DNA of 64,000 nt, from positions 64,001 to 128,000 of the forward strand of contig JBKAGE010000080.1 of assembly GCA_046290225.1 (NCBI GenBank), given 5' to 3'. The notes under the pieces are model-generated. The model did not search any database, was not told where the DNA came from, and saw nothing but the letters and a program-made list of their open reading frames with translations. The translations under genes were made by a program, and so were the position numbers. Below, piece after piece: positions 20,359 to 30,324 of the stretch (position 1 is the first letter of the stretch; the number at the start of each line of letters is the position of its first letter). Source of the DNA: Bradymonadia bacterium (GTDB taxonomy: Bacteria; Myxococcota_A; Bradymonadia; UBA7976; UBA1532).

Positions 20359-22185
20359 ATGAGTGAACTCCTGGTGCTGTCCTTCGACAGCCTCGCCTCC
20401 CCCGTGATCCATCTGAAGGGCATCGACCCTGATCGACAGCAGCGGCAGCCCTATGGCTGGGGCATGGCCTGGTACCCTTCTGGGGACAACGCCGCCATGG
20501 TGATCAAAGATCCGACGTCGATCGGCCGCAACGCCATGACGCAGGTGCTCACCGAGTGGCGCCGCTTCAGCTCGTGCACCTTTGTGGCCCACATCATCGG
20601 GGCCGCCAAGCGCCGATCTCAGCAGGACACGCACCCCTTCGTGCGGGCCTACGCTGGCCGCTCCTGGATCATGACCCACAACGGTGATCTCACTGACGAT
20701 TACGCCAAGGGGCTGCCCCTCGATGACGGGCCCCTGTTCCACCCCCTCGGCCGCTCCGATTCGGAGCACGCCTTCTGCTGGCTGCTCCAGCGTATCCACT
20801 CTGTGGGGGCGAGGAACATCCAAGAGGCGGGGTTCGACCGGCTGCACCAGTGGTTCCAGGAGATCAACGCCCTGGGCACCGCCAACTTGGTGCTCTCCGA
20901 CGGCCTCGACACCGTGGTGTACCGGGATCGACAGGGTTTCAACGGTCTGCACTGGATCAGGCGCACGCCGCCGCACCCAACAGCGGCCCTTGAGAGTCGT
21001 CTGATGTCGCTGAGCCTCGACGAGCCGCCGTACGAGAGCCGCACCAGCGTGGTCTTCAGCAGCGAGCCGCTCTCCGATGACGAGGGCTGGGCCGCCATGG
21101 GGCACGGGCAGATGATCGCCACCCGCCGAGGGGCCATCACCTGGGACACCGAGATGCACGGGCGAGATCAAGAGCCTGCCGCCCCCGTGGTGGCCACGCC
21201 GAAGACGCAGCAACCCACGGAGATGCCCATGAGCGCCGAGAGCAACCGCGCCTCGAGTTCGGGTCGCCGCCGCCCCTCACCGGAGGCCGACGCCCCCAAG
21301 GTTCAGCAGGGCCCCACGAGCCGGATCCTCACCGTGGTGCACGAGACTGAGTACGAATACGCCAAGCCCATCGAGCTGAGCCGGCATCTGTTGCGTCTGC
21401 AGCCTGTGCTTGACGAGCAACAGCAGGTGCTCGAGCACTCACTGCTCATCGAGCCCGAGTGCCTGCGCACCGACTTCGAAGATGTCTTCGGCAATCGGGC
21501 CACCCGGCTCGAAGTCGAGGGCTCGTACCATGAGATCAAGTTCGTGAGCACCTCGAAGGTGCGCCTCGTGGCCCCGAGCGATCTCAGTCAGGCTTATGGG
21601 CACCGGCGATCCACCATCCCGCTGGCCTGGATGCCCTGGCAGCGTGAGATGATGCACCCCTACCTGCTGTCACCGGAGCTGCCGGAGACCCAGCTCGAGG
21701 AGCTGTGGCACTACGCCATGAGCTTCGTCGAGCGTCAGGAGTACGATCTCGTCGAGACGCTCTACGACATGAACACCACGCTCTATCAAGACTACGAGTA
21801 CGTCCCCGGCTCCACCCAGCTCGAGACCACCCCCTTCGAGGTCTATGTGCAGCGGAAGGGGGTCTGCCAGGACTTCGCCAACCTGTTCATCTGCCTCGCC
21901 CGGCTGCTCAACATCCCCGCTCGATATCGGGTGGGCTACATCTTCACTGGGGCCGATTACGACAACAAGCTGCAGTCCGAGGCCTCTCACGCCTGGGCCG
22001 AGCTGTATCTGCCAGGCATCGGTTGGCGGGGCTTCGACCCCACCAACGGCTGCCTCGCGGGCCTCGATCACGTGCGGGTGGCCTGCGGCCGAAACTATGT
22101 AGACGCCACCCCCACATCGGGCACCATCTACCGCGGCGGGGGTGGAGAAGTGCTGCGAACCACCGTACGGGTCGAAGAAGCCTGA
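20359..22185 (+). CDS. Fusion of class II glutamine amidotransferase-like (YafJ/EgtC-type Ntn) domain and transglutaminase
   Basis: N-half GWGMAWY, THPF, HNG, SDSEHAF; C-half HETEYEY, GVCQDFA, SHAWAELYLPGIGWRGFDPT, GRNYVD. Confidence 0.85.
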   Translation: MSELLVLSFDSLASPVIHLKGIDPDRQQRQPYGWGMAWYPSGDNAAMVIKDPTSIGRNAMTQVLTEWRRFSSCTFVAHIIGAAKRRSQQDTHPFVRAYAGRSWIMTHNGDLTDDYAKGLPLDDGPLFHPLGRSDSEHAFCWLLQRIHSVGARNIQEAGFDRLHQWFQEINALGTANLVLSDGLDTVVYRDRQGFNGLHWIRRTPPHPTAALESRLMSLSLDEPPYESRTSVVFSSEPLSDDEGWAAMGHGQMIATRRGAITWDTEMHGRDQEPAAPVVATPKTQQPTEMPMSAESNRASSSGRRRPSPEADAPKVQQGPTSRILTVVHETEYEYAKPIELSRHLLRLQPVLDEQQQVLEHSLLIEPECLRTDFEDVFGNRATRLEVEGSYHEIKFVSTSKVRLVAPSDLSQAYGHRRSTIPLAWMPWQREMMHPYLLSPELPETQLEELWHYAMSFVERQEYDLVETLYDMNTTLYQDYEYVPGSTQLETTPFEVYVQRKGVCQDFANLFICLARLLNIPARYRVGYIFTGADYDNKLQSEASHAWAELYLPGIGWRGFDPTNGCLAGLDHVRVACGRNYVDATPTSGTIYRGGGGEVLRTTVRVEEA

Positions 22186-22367
22186 GACATCCGATACAGT
22201 CTCTCGGGTCAAAGGGTGGTCTGGCAGACGTGATTCGACCGCGTCGAAGGTGCTACCATGGCGTGGCCTCTCGGGAGGAGGCCTGAAGAGATGCCCAGAT
22301 CAAGTCCACGGCGACGTCATCGTCCATACGATGTCGCCGTGACGACACACGGCGCGCACCAGGAGGC

Positions 22368-23129
22368 GTGATGATTCGAAGAGGTTGGTCCCTTGTGCTG
22401 GCGATGTTGTTCATGGTGCCAGCGCTCGGGTGGCTGTCTCCGGCCCATGGCCAGGGCAAGCAGTCGATGGAGGAATTGCGGGATCAGGGCATCCTCTACT
22501 ACAAGCGCGACGTCTACCCTCAGGCGATGAACGTCCTCAACAAGGCCTACAAGGCCAAGGGCGGCAGCCAGGACTTCAAGACGGTCTATTACCGGGGTCG
22601 CACCGCACATCAGATGCTGCTGCTCGAGGTGGCCTTCGAGATGGCCGATCTCGCCCAGAAGCTCGCCGGCGACAACGAGCGGGCCAAGCAGCTCACCGTG
22701 GCCTTCGTCGAAGAGCTCAACAGCCTCTATGGCGCGGTGAACGTCAAGCTGGCCAAAGAAGAGACCAACACGCGGGGCCGGGTGTTCCTCGAGTCGAAGA
22801 CCGGCATCATCAACCGCGAGAAGAAGAAGGTGTTCCTCTCCATCAGAGAGCGCTTCAGGAACACGAACATCGCCTTCCCCACGAAGATCTATCTGCCTTT
22901 CGGCGAGTACACCGCGAACAACATCCCCTTCAAGATCGCCAAGGGCGAGCCCGAGCCCACCGTCGAGGTCTTCCTGCAGATCAAAGACGTGGGCAAGGGC
23001 GGCCTGAGCGGCTGGTGGATCACCGGCATCGCCGGCGCCGCCACCATCGCCGCCGGCGTCGGAGCCTTCTTCTTGTTCCGGGACAACACCGAAACCGTCG
23101 ACCGCGCCAACCTGGGTCTCAACCCCTGA
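22368..23129 (+). CDS. Exported TPR-like protein with C-terminal membrane anchor
   Basis: Signal peptide; TPR-like GILYYK..YPQA..L.KAY / YYRGR; C-terminal hydrophobic WWITGIAGAATIAAGVGAFFLF. Confidence 0.6.
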   Translation: MMIRRGWSLVLAMLFMVPALGWLSPAHGQGKQSMEELRDQGILYYKRDVYPQAMNVLNKAYKAKGGSQDFKTVYYRGRTAHQMLLLEVAFEMADLAQKLAGDNERAKQLTVAFVEELNSLYGAVNVKLAKEETNTRGRVFLESKTGIINREKKKVFLSIRERFRNTNIAFPTKIYLPFGEYTANNIPFKIAKGEPEPTVEVFLQIKDVGKGGLSGWWITGIAGAATIAAGVGAFFLFRDNTETVDRANLGLNP

Positions 23130-23146
23130 GAAAGGAGCCGTAGCTC

Positions 23147-26100
23147 ATGTTCCGTCGGCCATCACACCGCCGCTCGAGCCGGACCTCAGCCTGGGGTGCG
23201 CTGTGCATCGCCACCGCTGCCCTCATCGGTTGTGGCGAAGACATCGAATACAACGATTACAACCTCACGCTCGACATGACCGCCTGCCTCGGGGCCACCC
23301 CGGGCGGCGAGAGCGCCGAAGAGGGTCCGTCGTGTCGAGCCCAGCTCGACCAGACCGTCTCCGACTCTGCAGTGAACGCGTGCATGCTGCTGCGCAACGT
23401 CGAGGCGGATAAAATCGACTACATCCCCCTCTCGTGGCGCAAGGGGGCCGACGCTCAGAGCCCGGGCCGACTGGCCTTCGCCGACGGCGCCAACACCGCC
23501 ATCGAGCTGTCGGTGGGTGCCGTCGTCGAGGCCGAGCTGTACTTCTTCCGCCAGGGCGTCGATGGCGCCCCGCTGTGCGTGAAGGGCGGCGGCCTCGAGA
23601 TGAACGGCGAGTGCACCCCCGACTCCCCGTGCCTGCTCAAGCTCAAGCAGCCCCAGACCGCCATCGCCGGCGGTGAAGACGGCACTCAGTTCGACTTCGG
23701 TCGCCGCGGTGGTGACGGCCAGTGCATCACCGAGGGCTCGCTGATGCCCGCCGGTGACGGCGCCGTCGCCGAGATCTGCGACGGCCTCGACAACGACTGC
23801 GATCTGCAGGTCGACGAAGGCCAGCTGCCCCAGGTGGGCGACAACTGCCCTGAATCCATCGCCGAAGACGGCACCACCCGCCAGGGCATCTGCGCCCCGG
23901 GCAACCTCATCTGCGAGGCGGGCGCCCTCATCTGTCGCAGCGAGACTCTGCCCAATGATCGCGAGCTTTGCGGCAACGGCATCGACGAAGACTGCGACGG
24001 CAACACCGACGAGTCCGATCCCCGCATCTTCTTCACCCCTCCGGGCACCGAAGATCAGCTCATCATGGGCGAGGCCTGCCAGCTCGGTCTCGGGCAGTGT
24101 CTCACCGACGGCATGGTGGTGTGCGACGAGGAGAGCAGCGGCGCCGCCGTGCTCTGCAACGCCGCGCCTCCCCCTGGGGCAGAAGAGGTCTGTGACGCCC
24201 TCGACAACGACTGCGACGGTCGCATGGACGAGGATCTGCTCTACTCCGATCTCGACGTGAACGGGCAGCCCCTCAACCGCAACGTGCCCCTGGGCCGCGT
24301 GTGCACTCAGGGCCTCGGCGAGTGCGAGGCTCAGGGTACCGTGGTGTGCAACCCCGATGGCAACGGCGAGACCATGTGCAACGCCAACGTCATCGAGCCC
24401 ATCGAAGAGATGTGCAACAACCTCGACGATGACTGCGATGGCCAGATCGACGAGACCTTCCCCCTGGGTCAGATGTGCCAAATCGGCAACGGTGAGTGCA
24501 TCTCCCGCGGCGTGCTTGTCTGCACCCAAGATGGCGCCGGTACCGAATGTAACGCGGTGCCGATCCTGCCCGGTGACAACCCGGAGCTCTGCGGTGACAA
24601 CCTCGACAATGACTGTGATGGCATCGTCGACGAGTACCTGAACGGCCGCTTCGAAGACTTCCTCGGTGAAGAGTGCAGCGTGGGCACTGGCGCCTGCTTT
24701 GCTCAGGGCCAGGTGGTGTGCAACGCCGATCGCACCGATGTGGTCTGTGGCGCGGTCGCAGGTGAGCCGGCCCCCAACGACCAGAATTGCAACGGCGTTG
24801 ACGACGACTGTGACGGTGTCAACGACGAGAACTACCCCGAGATCGCCCCTGAAGAAGACTGCGGTGTCGGCGCCTGTGCCGCCTCTGCCCGCTTCATCTG
24901 CGTCGCCGGTGAGGTGGTCAGCGCGTGCCGCAACGGCGAGCCTGCGCCCAACGACGCGGTGTGCAACAGCATCGACGATGACTGCAACGGCGCCGTCGAC
25001 GAAGACTTCCCCTTCACCAACACTACCTGCGGCGTCGGTGAGTGTGTCAGCGCCGGTACGCAGCTGTGCTCCGGTGGTCGGGTCATCGACACCTGTGTGC
25101 CCGGGCAGCCTGCGGTTGCTGATGCGACCTGTGATGGCCGTGACGATGACTGCGATGGCGTCACCGATGAAGACTTCGTCACGAACATCACCCAGTGTGG
25201 CGTGGGCGCCTGCGCTGCCGAGGGTCAGACCCGCTGCGTGAACGGCCGCGTCGAAGACACCTGCACCCCTGCCCCGCCGGCACCGAACGATGCAGTGTGT
25301 GACGGCGTGGACAGCGACTGCGACGCCCGCACCGACGAGCACTACCTCAGCCAGAACACCAACTGTGGTGTGGGCCAGTGCGCCGCCAACGGCCTCACCT
25401 TCTGCGTGAACGGCCAGGTACAGGACTCCTGCCTGCCCGGCCAGCCCGTGGGCAACGACGCCACCTGTGACGGCCGCGACGACGACTGCGACGGCACCAA
25501 CGACGAGGCCTACGTGCGCCTCGACACGCAGTGTGGCATCGGCGAGTGCTTCCGTCTGGGTCGCACCCGCTGCACCAACGGCAGCGTCGTGGACTCCTGC
25601 ACCCCTGCGGCTCCGGCGCAGAACGACGCCAGCTGCAACGGTGAAGACAACGACTGCGATGGCCTCTTCGACGAGAACTTCACCAGCACGCCCACGGAGT
25701 GTGGTGTCGGTGAGTGCTTCAGCCGCGGCCAGACCGTGTGTCAGGGCGGTGTGCCCCTCGACACTTGCGCCGTGGGCCAGCCCGCCAACGATGACGCAGG
25801 CTGTAACGATCGCGACGATGACTGCGACGGTGAGATCGACGAAGACTTCGTGCGGTTCAACACCAACTGCGGCATCGGGGCCTGCGCCCGTCAGGGCTTC
25901 AGTCAGTGCGTCGACGGCAACATCGACCCTGCATGCTTCCCCGGCCAGCCTGAGGACGACGACGCCACCTGCGACGGCGTGGACGACGACTGTGACGGCC
26001 TCACCGACGAGGACTTCGAGCCTGTTCAGGTGAACTGTGGTCAGGGTGCCTGCGCCGCCACGGGCTTCACCACCTGCGTCGGCGGCAACGCGGGCGACAC

Positions 26101-27967
26101 CTGCCGCGAGGACGATCCTGCAGCAGACGACACCACCTGTGACGGTGTAGACGACGACTGCGACAACCGCCTCGACGAGGACTATGTGCAGACGCCCACC
26201 AGCTGTGGTCTGGGCATCTGCGCCGCCGTGGGTACCCTGCGCTGTGTGAACGGCTCCGAGCAGGACACCTGCCAGGCGGGTCAGGCGGAAGGCAACGACG
26301 CTACCTGTAACAACCAGGACGAAGACTGCGACGGCCGCTTCGATGAAGACTTCATCGTCACTGCCACCAGTTGCGGCGTCGGTGAGTGTGCCGCCACGGG
26401 CCTGCGCCAGTGCAACAACGGCGTGGTGCAGAACACCTGTGCGCCGGGCCAGCCTGCGGCCAACGACAACACCTGTGACCTGCAGGATGACGACTGCGAC
26501 GGCCTCAACGACGAGGACTTCCAGAGCCAGAACACCAACTGTGGTGTTGGCGACTGCGCCCGAAATGGCCAGACGCTGTGCCTCAACGGCCAGGTCCAGG
26601 ACTCCTGTACCCCCGGCAACCCCGCCCCCAACGACGCCACCTGTGACGGTGACGACGATGACTGCGACGGCCTCATCGACGAGGACTTCGTGAACACCCC
26701 CACCAGCTGTGGGGTGGGCGAGTGCACCCGCGCCGGTCAGCTGACCTGCGTGAACGGTCAGGTCCAGGACACCTGCACCCCCGGCAACCCCGTGGGCAGC
26801 GACAACAACTGTAATGGCGAAGACAACGACTGCGACGGCCTCATCGACGAGCGCTTCGGCCGCAACGTCAACTGTGGTGATGGCGCCTGTGCCGACTCCG
26901 GCGAGGAGATCTGCGTGAACGGCGAGGTGGTGAACACCTGCCGCGTGGGCGATCCTGCACCAGACGACGCCACCTGTGACGGCGTCGACGATGACTGCGA
27001 TGGCGCCACCGACGAGGACTTCAACGTCATCAACACCAACTGTGGCGTGGGTGCCTGCGCCGCCAACGGCCAGCGTATCTGCTCCAACGGCTCCATCGTC
27101 GACACCTGCACCCCAGGTCAGCCTGCACCGGACGACGCCACCTGCGACGGTGACGACGACGACTGCGACGGCAACACCGACGAGAACTACGACGTCACGC
27201 CCACGAGCTGTGGTGTCGGTGAGTGCGCCGCCACCGGTCAGCTGGTGTGCATCGCCGGCGCCGAGACGGACAACTGCAACGAGGGCGCTCCCGTGGCGGA
27301 GCTGTGCAACGGCCTCGACGACGACTGTGACGGCAGCGTCGACGAGACCTTCGCCAACCTCGGCAACGCCTGCACCAACGGCTTCGGTGCCTGTGAGCAG
27401 GCTGGCGCCTTCGTCTGTAACGGCGATGGCAGCGGCACTGAGTGCAACGCCATCCCTGGTGCCCCCGAAGCCGAAATCTGCGACGGCGTGGACAACGATT
27501 GCGACGACTCTGTCGACGAGAACAACCCCGGCGGTGGTGGCGGATGTACCGCCAACAACGCCGACGGCATTTGCCGCAACGGCACCAGCCTCTGTCAGGG
27601 TGGGGTGCTCATCTGCGCCCCCGGCACCCCCGAGGTCGAGGAGTGTAACGCCCTCGACGACGACTGCGACGGCGAGATCGACAACGTCGCCGGCGCGGGC
27701 AACAACTGCACCACCGGCTTCAACAACCAGTGTGCAGGCAAACTGGAGTGTGTCGGCGTCAACCTGCGCTGCGTGCCCACGAACCCCTCCGCCATCGACT
27801 ACTGTGGCGACGGCATCGACAATGACTGTGACTCCACGGCCGACGATGGTGAGGGACAACCCTGCACCCCCGAAGCGGGGGCGCCGTGTGCCGAAGGTGT
27901 CAACGTCTGTAACGACCAGGGCGACGCCGACGTCACCAACAACGTGCTTGAGTGTCAGTGTCCCTGA
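23147..27967 (+). CDS. Giant Cys/Asp-rich lipoprotein with MopE-related metal-binding repeats
   Basis: Lipobox LIGC; about 24 copies of C[DN]xxD[DNE]DC[DN]G; central period about 56 aa (168 nt). Confidence 0.85.
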   Translation: MFRRPSHRRSSRTSAWGALCIATAALIGCGEDIEYNDYNLTLDMTACLGATPGGESAEEGPSCRAQLDQTVSDSAVNACMLLRNVEADKIDYIPLSWRKGADAQSPGRLAFADGANTAIELSVGAVVEAELYFFRQGVDGAPLCVKGGGLEMNGECTPDSPCLLKLKQPQTAIAGGEDGTQFDFGRRGGDGQCITEGSLMPAGDGAVAEICDGLDNDCDLQVDEGQLPQVGDNCPESIAEDGTTRQGICAPGNLICEAGALICRSETLPNDRELCGNGIDEDCDGNTDESDPRIFFTPPGTEDQLIMGEACQLGLGQCLTDGMVVCDEESSGAAVLCNAAPPPGAEEVCDALDNDCDGRMDEDLLYSDLDVNGQPLNRNVPLGRVCTQGLGECEAQGTVVCNPDGNGETMCNANVIEPIEEMCNNLDDDCDGQIDETFPLGQMCQIGNGECISRGVLVCTQDGAGTECNAVPILPGDNPELCGDNLDNDCDGIVDEYLNGRFEDFLGEECSVGTGACFAQGQVVCNADRTDVVCGAVAGEPAPNDQNCNGVDDDCDGVNDENYPEIAPEEDCGVGACAASARFICVAGEVVSACRNGEPAPNDAVCNSIDDDCNGAVDEDFPFTNTTCGVGECVSAGTQLCSGGRVIDTCVPGQPAVADATCDGRDDDCDGVTDEDFVTNITQCGVGACAAEGQTRCVNGRVEDTCTPAPPAPNDAVCDGVDSDCDARTDEHYLSQNTNCGVGQCAANGLTFCVNGQVQDSCLPGQPVGNDATCDGRDDDCDGTNDEAYVRLDTQCGIGECFRLGRTRCTNGSVVDSCTPAAPAQNDASCNGEDNDCDGLFDENFTSTPTECGVGECFSRGQTVCQGGVPLDTCAVGQPANDDAGCNDRDDDCDGEIDEDFVRFNTNCGIGACARQGFSQCVDGNIDPACFPGQPEDDDATCDGVDDDCDGLTDEDFEPVQVNCGQGACAATGFTTCVGGNAGDTCREDDPAADDTTCDGVDDDCDNRLDEDYVQTPTSCGLGICAAVGTLRCVNGSEQDTCQAGQAEGNDATCNNQDEDCDGRFDEDFIVTATSCGVGECAATGLRQCNNGVVQNTCAPGQPAANDNTCDLQDDDCDGLNDEDFQSQNTNCGVGDCARNGQTLCLNGQVQDSCTPGNPAPNDATCDGDDDDCDGLIDEDFVNTPTSCGVGECTRAGQLTCVNGQVQDTCTPGNPVGSDNNCNGEDNDCDGLIDERFGRNVNCGDGACADSGEEICVNGEVVNTCRVGDPAPDDATCDGVDDDCDGATDEDFNVINTNCGVGACAANGQRICSNGSIVDTCTPGQPAPDDATCDGDDDDCDGNTDENYDVTPTSCGVGECAATGQLVCIAGAETDNCNEGAPVAELCNGLDDDCDGSVDETFANLGNACTNGFGACEQAGAFVCNGDGSGTECNAIPGAPEAEICDGVDNDCDDSVDENNPGGGGGCTANNADGICRNGTSLCQGGVLICAPGTPEVEECNALDDDCDGEIDNVAGAGNNCTTGFNNQCAGKLECVGVNLRCVPTNPSAIDYCGDGIDNDCDSTADDGEGQPCTPEAGAPCAEGVNVCNDQGDADVTNNVLECQCP

Positions 27968-28083
27968 TCACAGTGAACGTGCTCACAGTGACCTGATCAT
28001 CGGGGCCCTTCTCGCTCACACCTCGAACGTGAGGTGTGAGCGAGCCACAGCCCGCTCCCCGCTCTCACAGGATCCATCCTTCC

Positions 28084-30288
28084 ATGAAGAGGCCGCTTTT
28101 CGCTCCCCTGCGAGCTGATCACCTCCTGCCCGAGCTCACCTTGTGTGTGCTGGGGGCGCTCTGCCTCACAGGCTGTTTCACCTTCAGCGTCGATCCCGAG
28201 CTGAGCGACTGCTTCAACGACGATTGCCCGGTGGGCGAGCGATGTGTCGAAGGTGCATGTGCCCCCGTGGTGGATCCTGCAGACATGAGCGATCCACCCG
28301 ACGCGATGCCGATGCCTGCTGACGCATGTCTCGAAGGTTGCGGGATCCCTCAAGCCCCCATTTGCGACACCAACCCCTCCCCCGAGGTCCTCGAGGGCCT
28401 GGTGGAGCTGTGTGGCAACGAGATCGACGACGACTGCGACGGCACCGCCGACGAGGCGGATGACGGTGTGTTCTACCGGCCCGATCCCAACTCGGACATC
28501 AAGCTCGCCCTTGGGGATCCGTGCGCTCTGGGTCAGGGCGTCTGTGCCTCTGAAGGCACCGTGATTTGTGATCCCGATGGCGCAGGCGCCCGCCTGAGCT
28601 GTAACGCCATGGTGGGCACACCTGCCGAGAGCGACATTTGCAACACCCTCGACGATGACTGCGATGGTCGCATCGACGAGGAGACCGACGGCCTCGGCGA
28701 GATGTGTACCTCGGGGTTGGGGCAGTGCCAGCGTGTGGGGCTGTCTACGTGCAACGCCGAAGGCGAAGTGATTTGCGACGCTGAGCCCGGCCCCAGCGGC
28801 CCGGAGATCTGTGACGGTGTGGATCAAGACTGCGACGGCAGCACCGACGAGGACTTCCAGATCGGCGAGCCCTGCTCTGTGGGTGAAGGCGCCTGCCAGC
28901 AGACAGGGGTCTATGTCTGCACGCTCGACAACAGCGCCTCGATGTGTGACGCCCCCGAGCCGGGCATGCCTCAGCCCGAGGTGTGCGACGGCGCCATCGA
29001 TGAAGACTGCGATGGCCGCGTCGACGAAGACTTCGCTGATCAAATCAACCAGCCCTGCACCGTGGGCGTCGGCGCCTGTGAGCGCGGCGGGGTTCAGCTG
29101 TGCGCACCGGATGGTGAAGGCATCGTATGTGGCGTCGAGCCCGGCATGCCCGGCCTCGCCGATCAGACCTGTGACGGCATCGATGACGACTGTGACGGCA
29201 ATGTCGACGAAGCCTACGTCGAGATCGCCCAGACGCTCACGTGCGGTGAGGGCGTCTGTCGCACTGAGGCCCCAACGCAGTGTGTCGAGGCCGCAGTGGT
29301 GGAAGAGTGCACCCCTGGCGAGCCCACGGGCGACGACAGCCTCTGCAACAACATCGACGAAGACTGTGATGGCCGCATCGACGAGGCTGCGGACATCGTC
29401 AACATCGTCTGTGGTGAGGGCGTCTGCGCCGCCAACGGCATCCGCTCCTGTGTGGGCGGCGAAGTCCAGGAAGTGTGCACCCCCGGTGAGCCACGCGGCC
29501 CCGACGGCGATCAGCAACAGTGCAACGCCATCGACGAAGACTGTGACGGCAACATCGACGAAGGGTATGTCGGCGACGAGGTCCGCTGTGGTCTCGGCGC
29601 GTGCCGCACCACCACCACCCTCACATGCCAGAACGGTCAGGTGCTCAACCTGTGTCAACCCGGTGATCCCACGGGCGATGACGACGACTGCGACGGCATC
29701 GACGACGACTGTGACGGCGCCATCGACGAGCGATACCCTCAGACGGCCATCGAGTGCGGCGTGGGCGCCTGCGTACGAGAGGGTGTGCAGCTCTGCACCG
29801 ACGGAGCACCTGTAGACGAGTGCGTGCCTGGCGATCCTGTGGGGGCAGACGACGACTGCAACAACATCGACGATGACTGCGATGGTCTCGTCGACGAGGG
29901 CTATGTCTTTGCAGAGGTCGCGTGCGACGACGGCGCGCGGTGCAGCCTCCGAGGCCGAAGCCAGTGCATCGAGGGTGAAGAGCGCCTCACGTGTCGCGAC
30001 GGTGATCCCATCATCGAGGGCGGCAACTGCAACGGTGTGGACGAAGACTGTGATGGCATCGCTGACGAGGAATACATCGGCGGTGAAGCGTGCGAAGTCA
30101 CAGGTGCCATCGGCGCCTGTGCCCGAGGCACCACCCAGTGCACCGGCGGTCGAGTACAGTGTCGGGTGTCGCGGCCTGATGAAGAGGCCTGCGATGGGAT
30201 CGACAACGACTGTGATGGTCGCGTCGACGAAGACGAGCAGTGTCAGGGGCTACAAGATCCCGAAGCCCCAGTGGATCCCGTCCCCTAG
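28084..30288 (+). CDS. Cys/Asp-rich lipoprotein with MopE-related repeats (paralog of the upstream gene)
   Basis: Lipobox LTGC; about 11 CxxxDxDCDG repeats. Confidence 0.85.
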   Translation: MKRPLFAPLRADHLLPELTLCVLGALCLTGCFTFSVDPELSDCFNDDCPVGERCVEGACAPVVDPADMSDPPDAMPMPADACLEGCGIPQAPICDTNPSPEVLEGLVELCGNEIDDDCDGTADEADDGVFYRPDPNSDIKLALGDPCALGQGVCASEGTVICDPDGAGARLSCNAMVGTPAESDICNTLDDDCDGRIDEETDGLGEMCTSGLGQCQRVGLSTCNAEGEVICDAEPGPSGPEICDGVDQDCDGSTDEDFQIGEPCSVGEGACQQTGVYVCTLDNSASMCDAPEPGMPQPEVCDGAIDEDCDGRVDEDFADQINQPCTVGVGACERGGVQLCAPDGEGIVCGVEPGMPGLADQTCDGIDDDCDGNVDEAYVEIAQTLTCGEGVCRTEAPTQCVEAAVVEECTPGEPTGDDSLCNNIDEDCDGRIDEAADIVNIVCGEGVCAANGIRSCVGGEVQEVCTPGEPRGPDGDQQQCNAIDEDCDGNIDEGYVGDEVRCGLGACRTTTTLTCQNGQVLNLCQPGDPTGDDDDCDGIDDDCDGAIDERYPQTAIECGVGACVREGVQLCTDGAPVDECVPGDPVGADDDCNNIDDDCDGLVDEGYVFAEVACDDGARCSLRGRSQCIEGEERLTCRDGDPIIEGGNCNGVDEDCDGIADEEYIGGEACEVTGAIGACARGTTQCTGGRVQCRVSRPDEEACDGIDNDCDGRVDEDEQCQGLQDPEAPVDPVP

Positions 30289-30324
30289 AGCGCTGATTCA
30301 CAGTCGAACGAGGCAATGGTGAAA

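Noticed and set aside
23186..27859. 1557-aa antisense ORF and other long shadow ORFs (e.g. 7499-8851, 17844-19277, 31454-33124, 42220-43857)
   Set aside because: They lie opposite well-supported genes; this is expected from high-GC codon bias and they carry no motifs.
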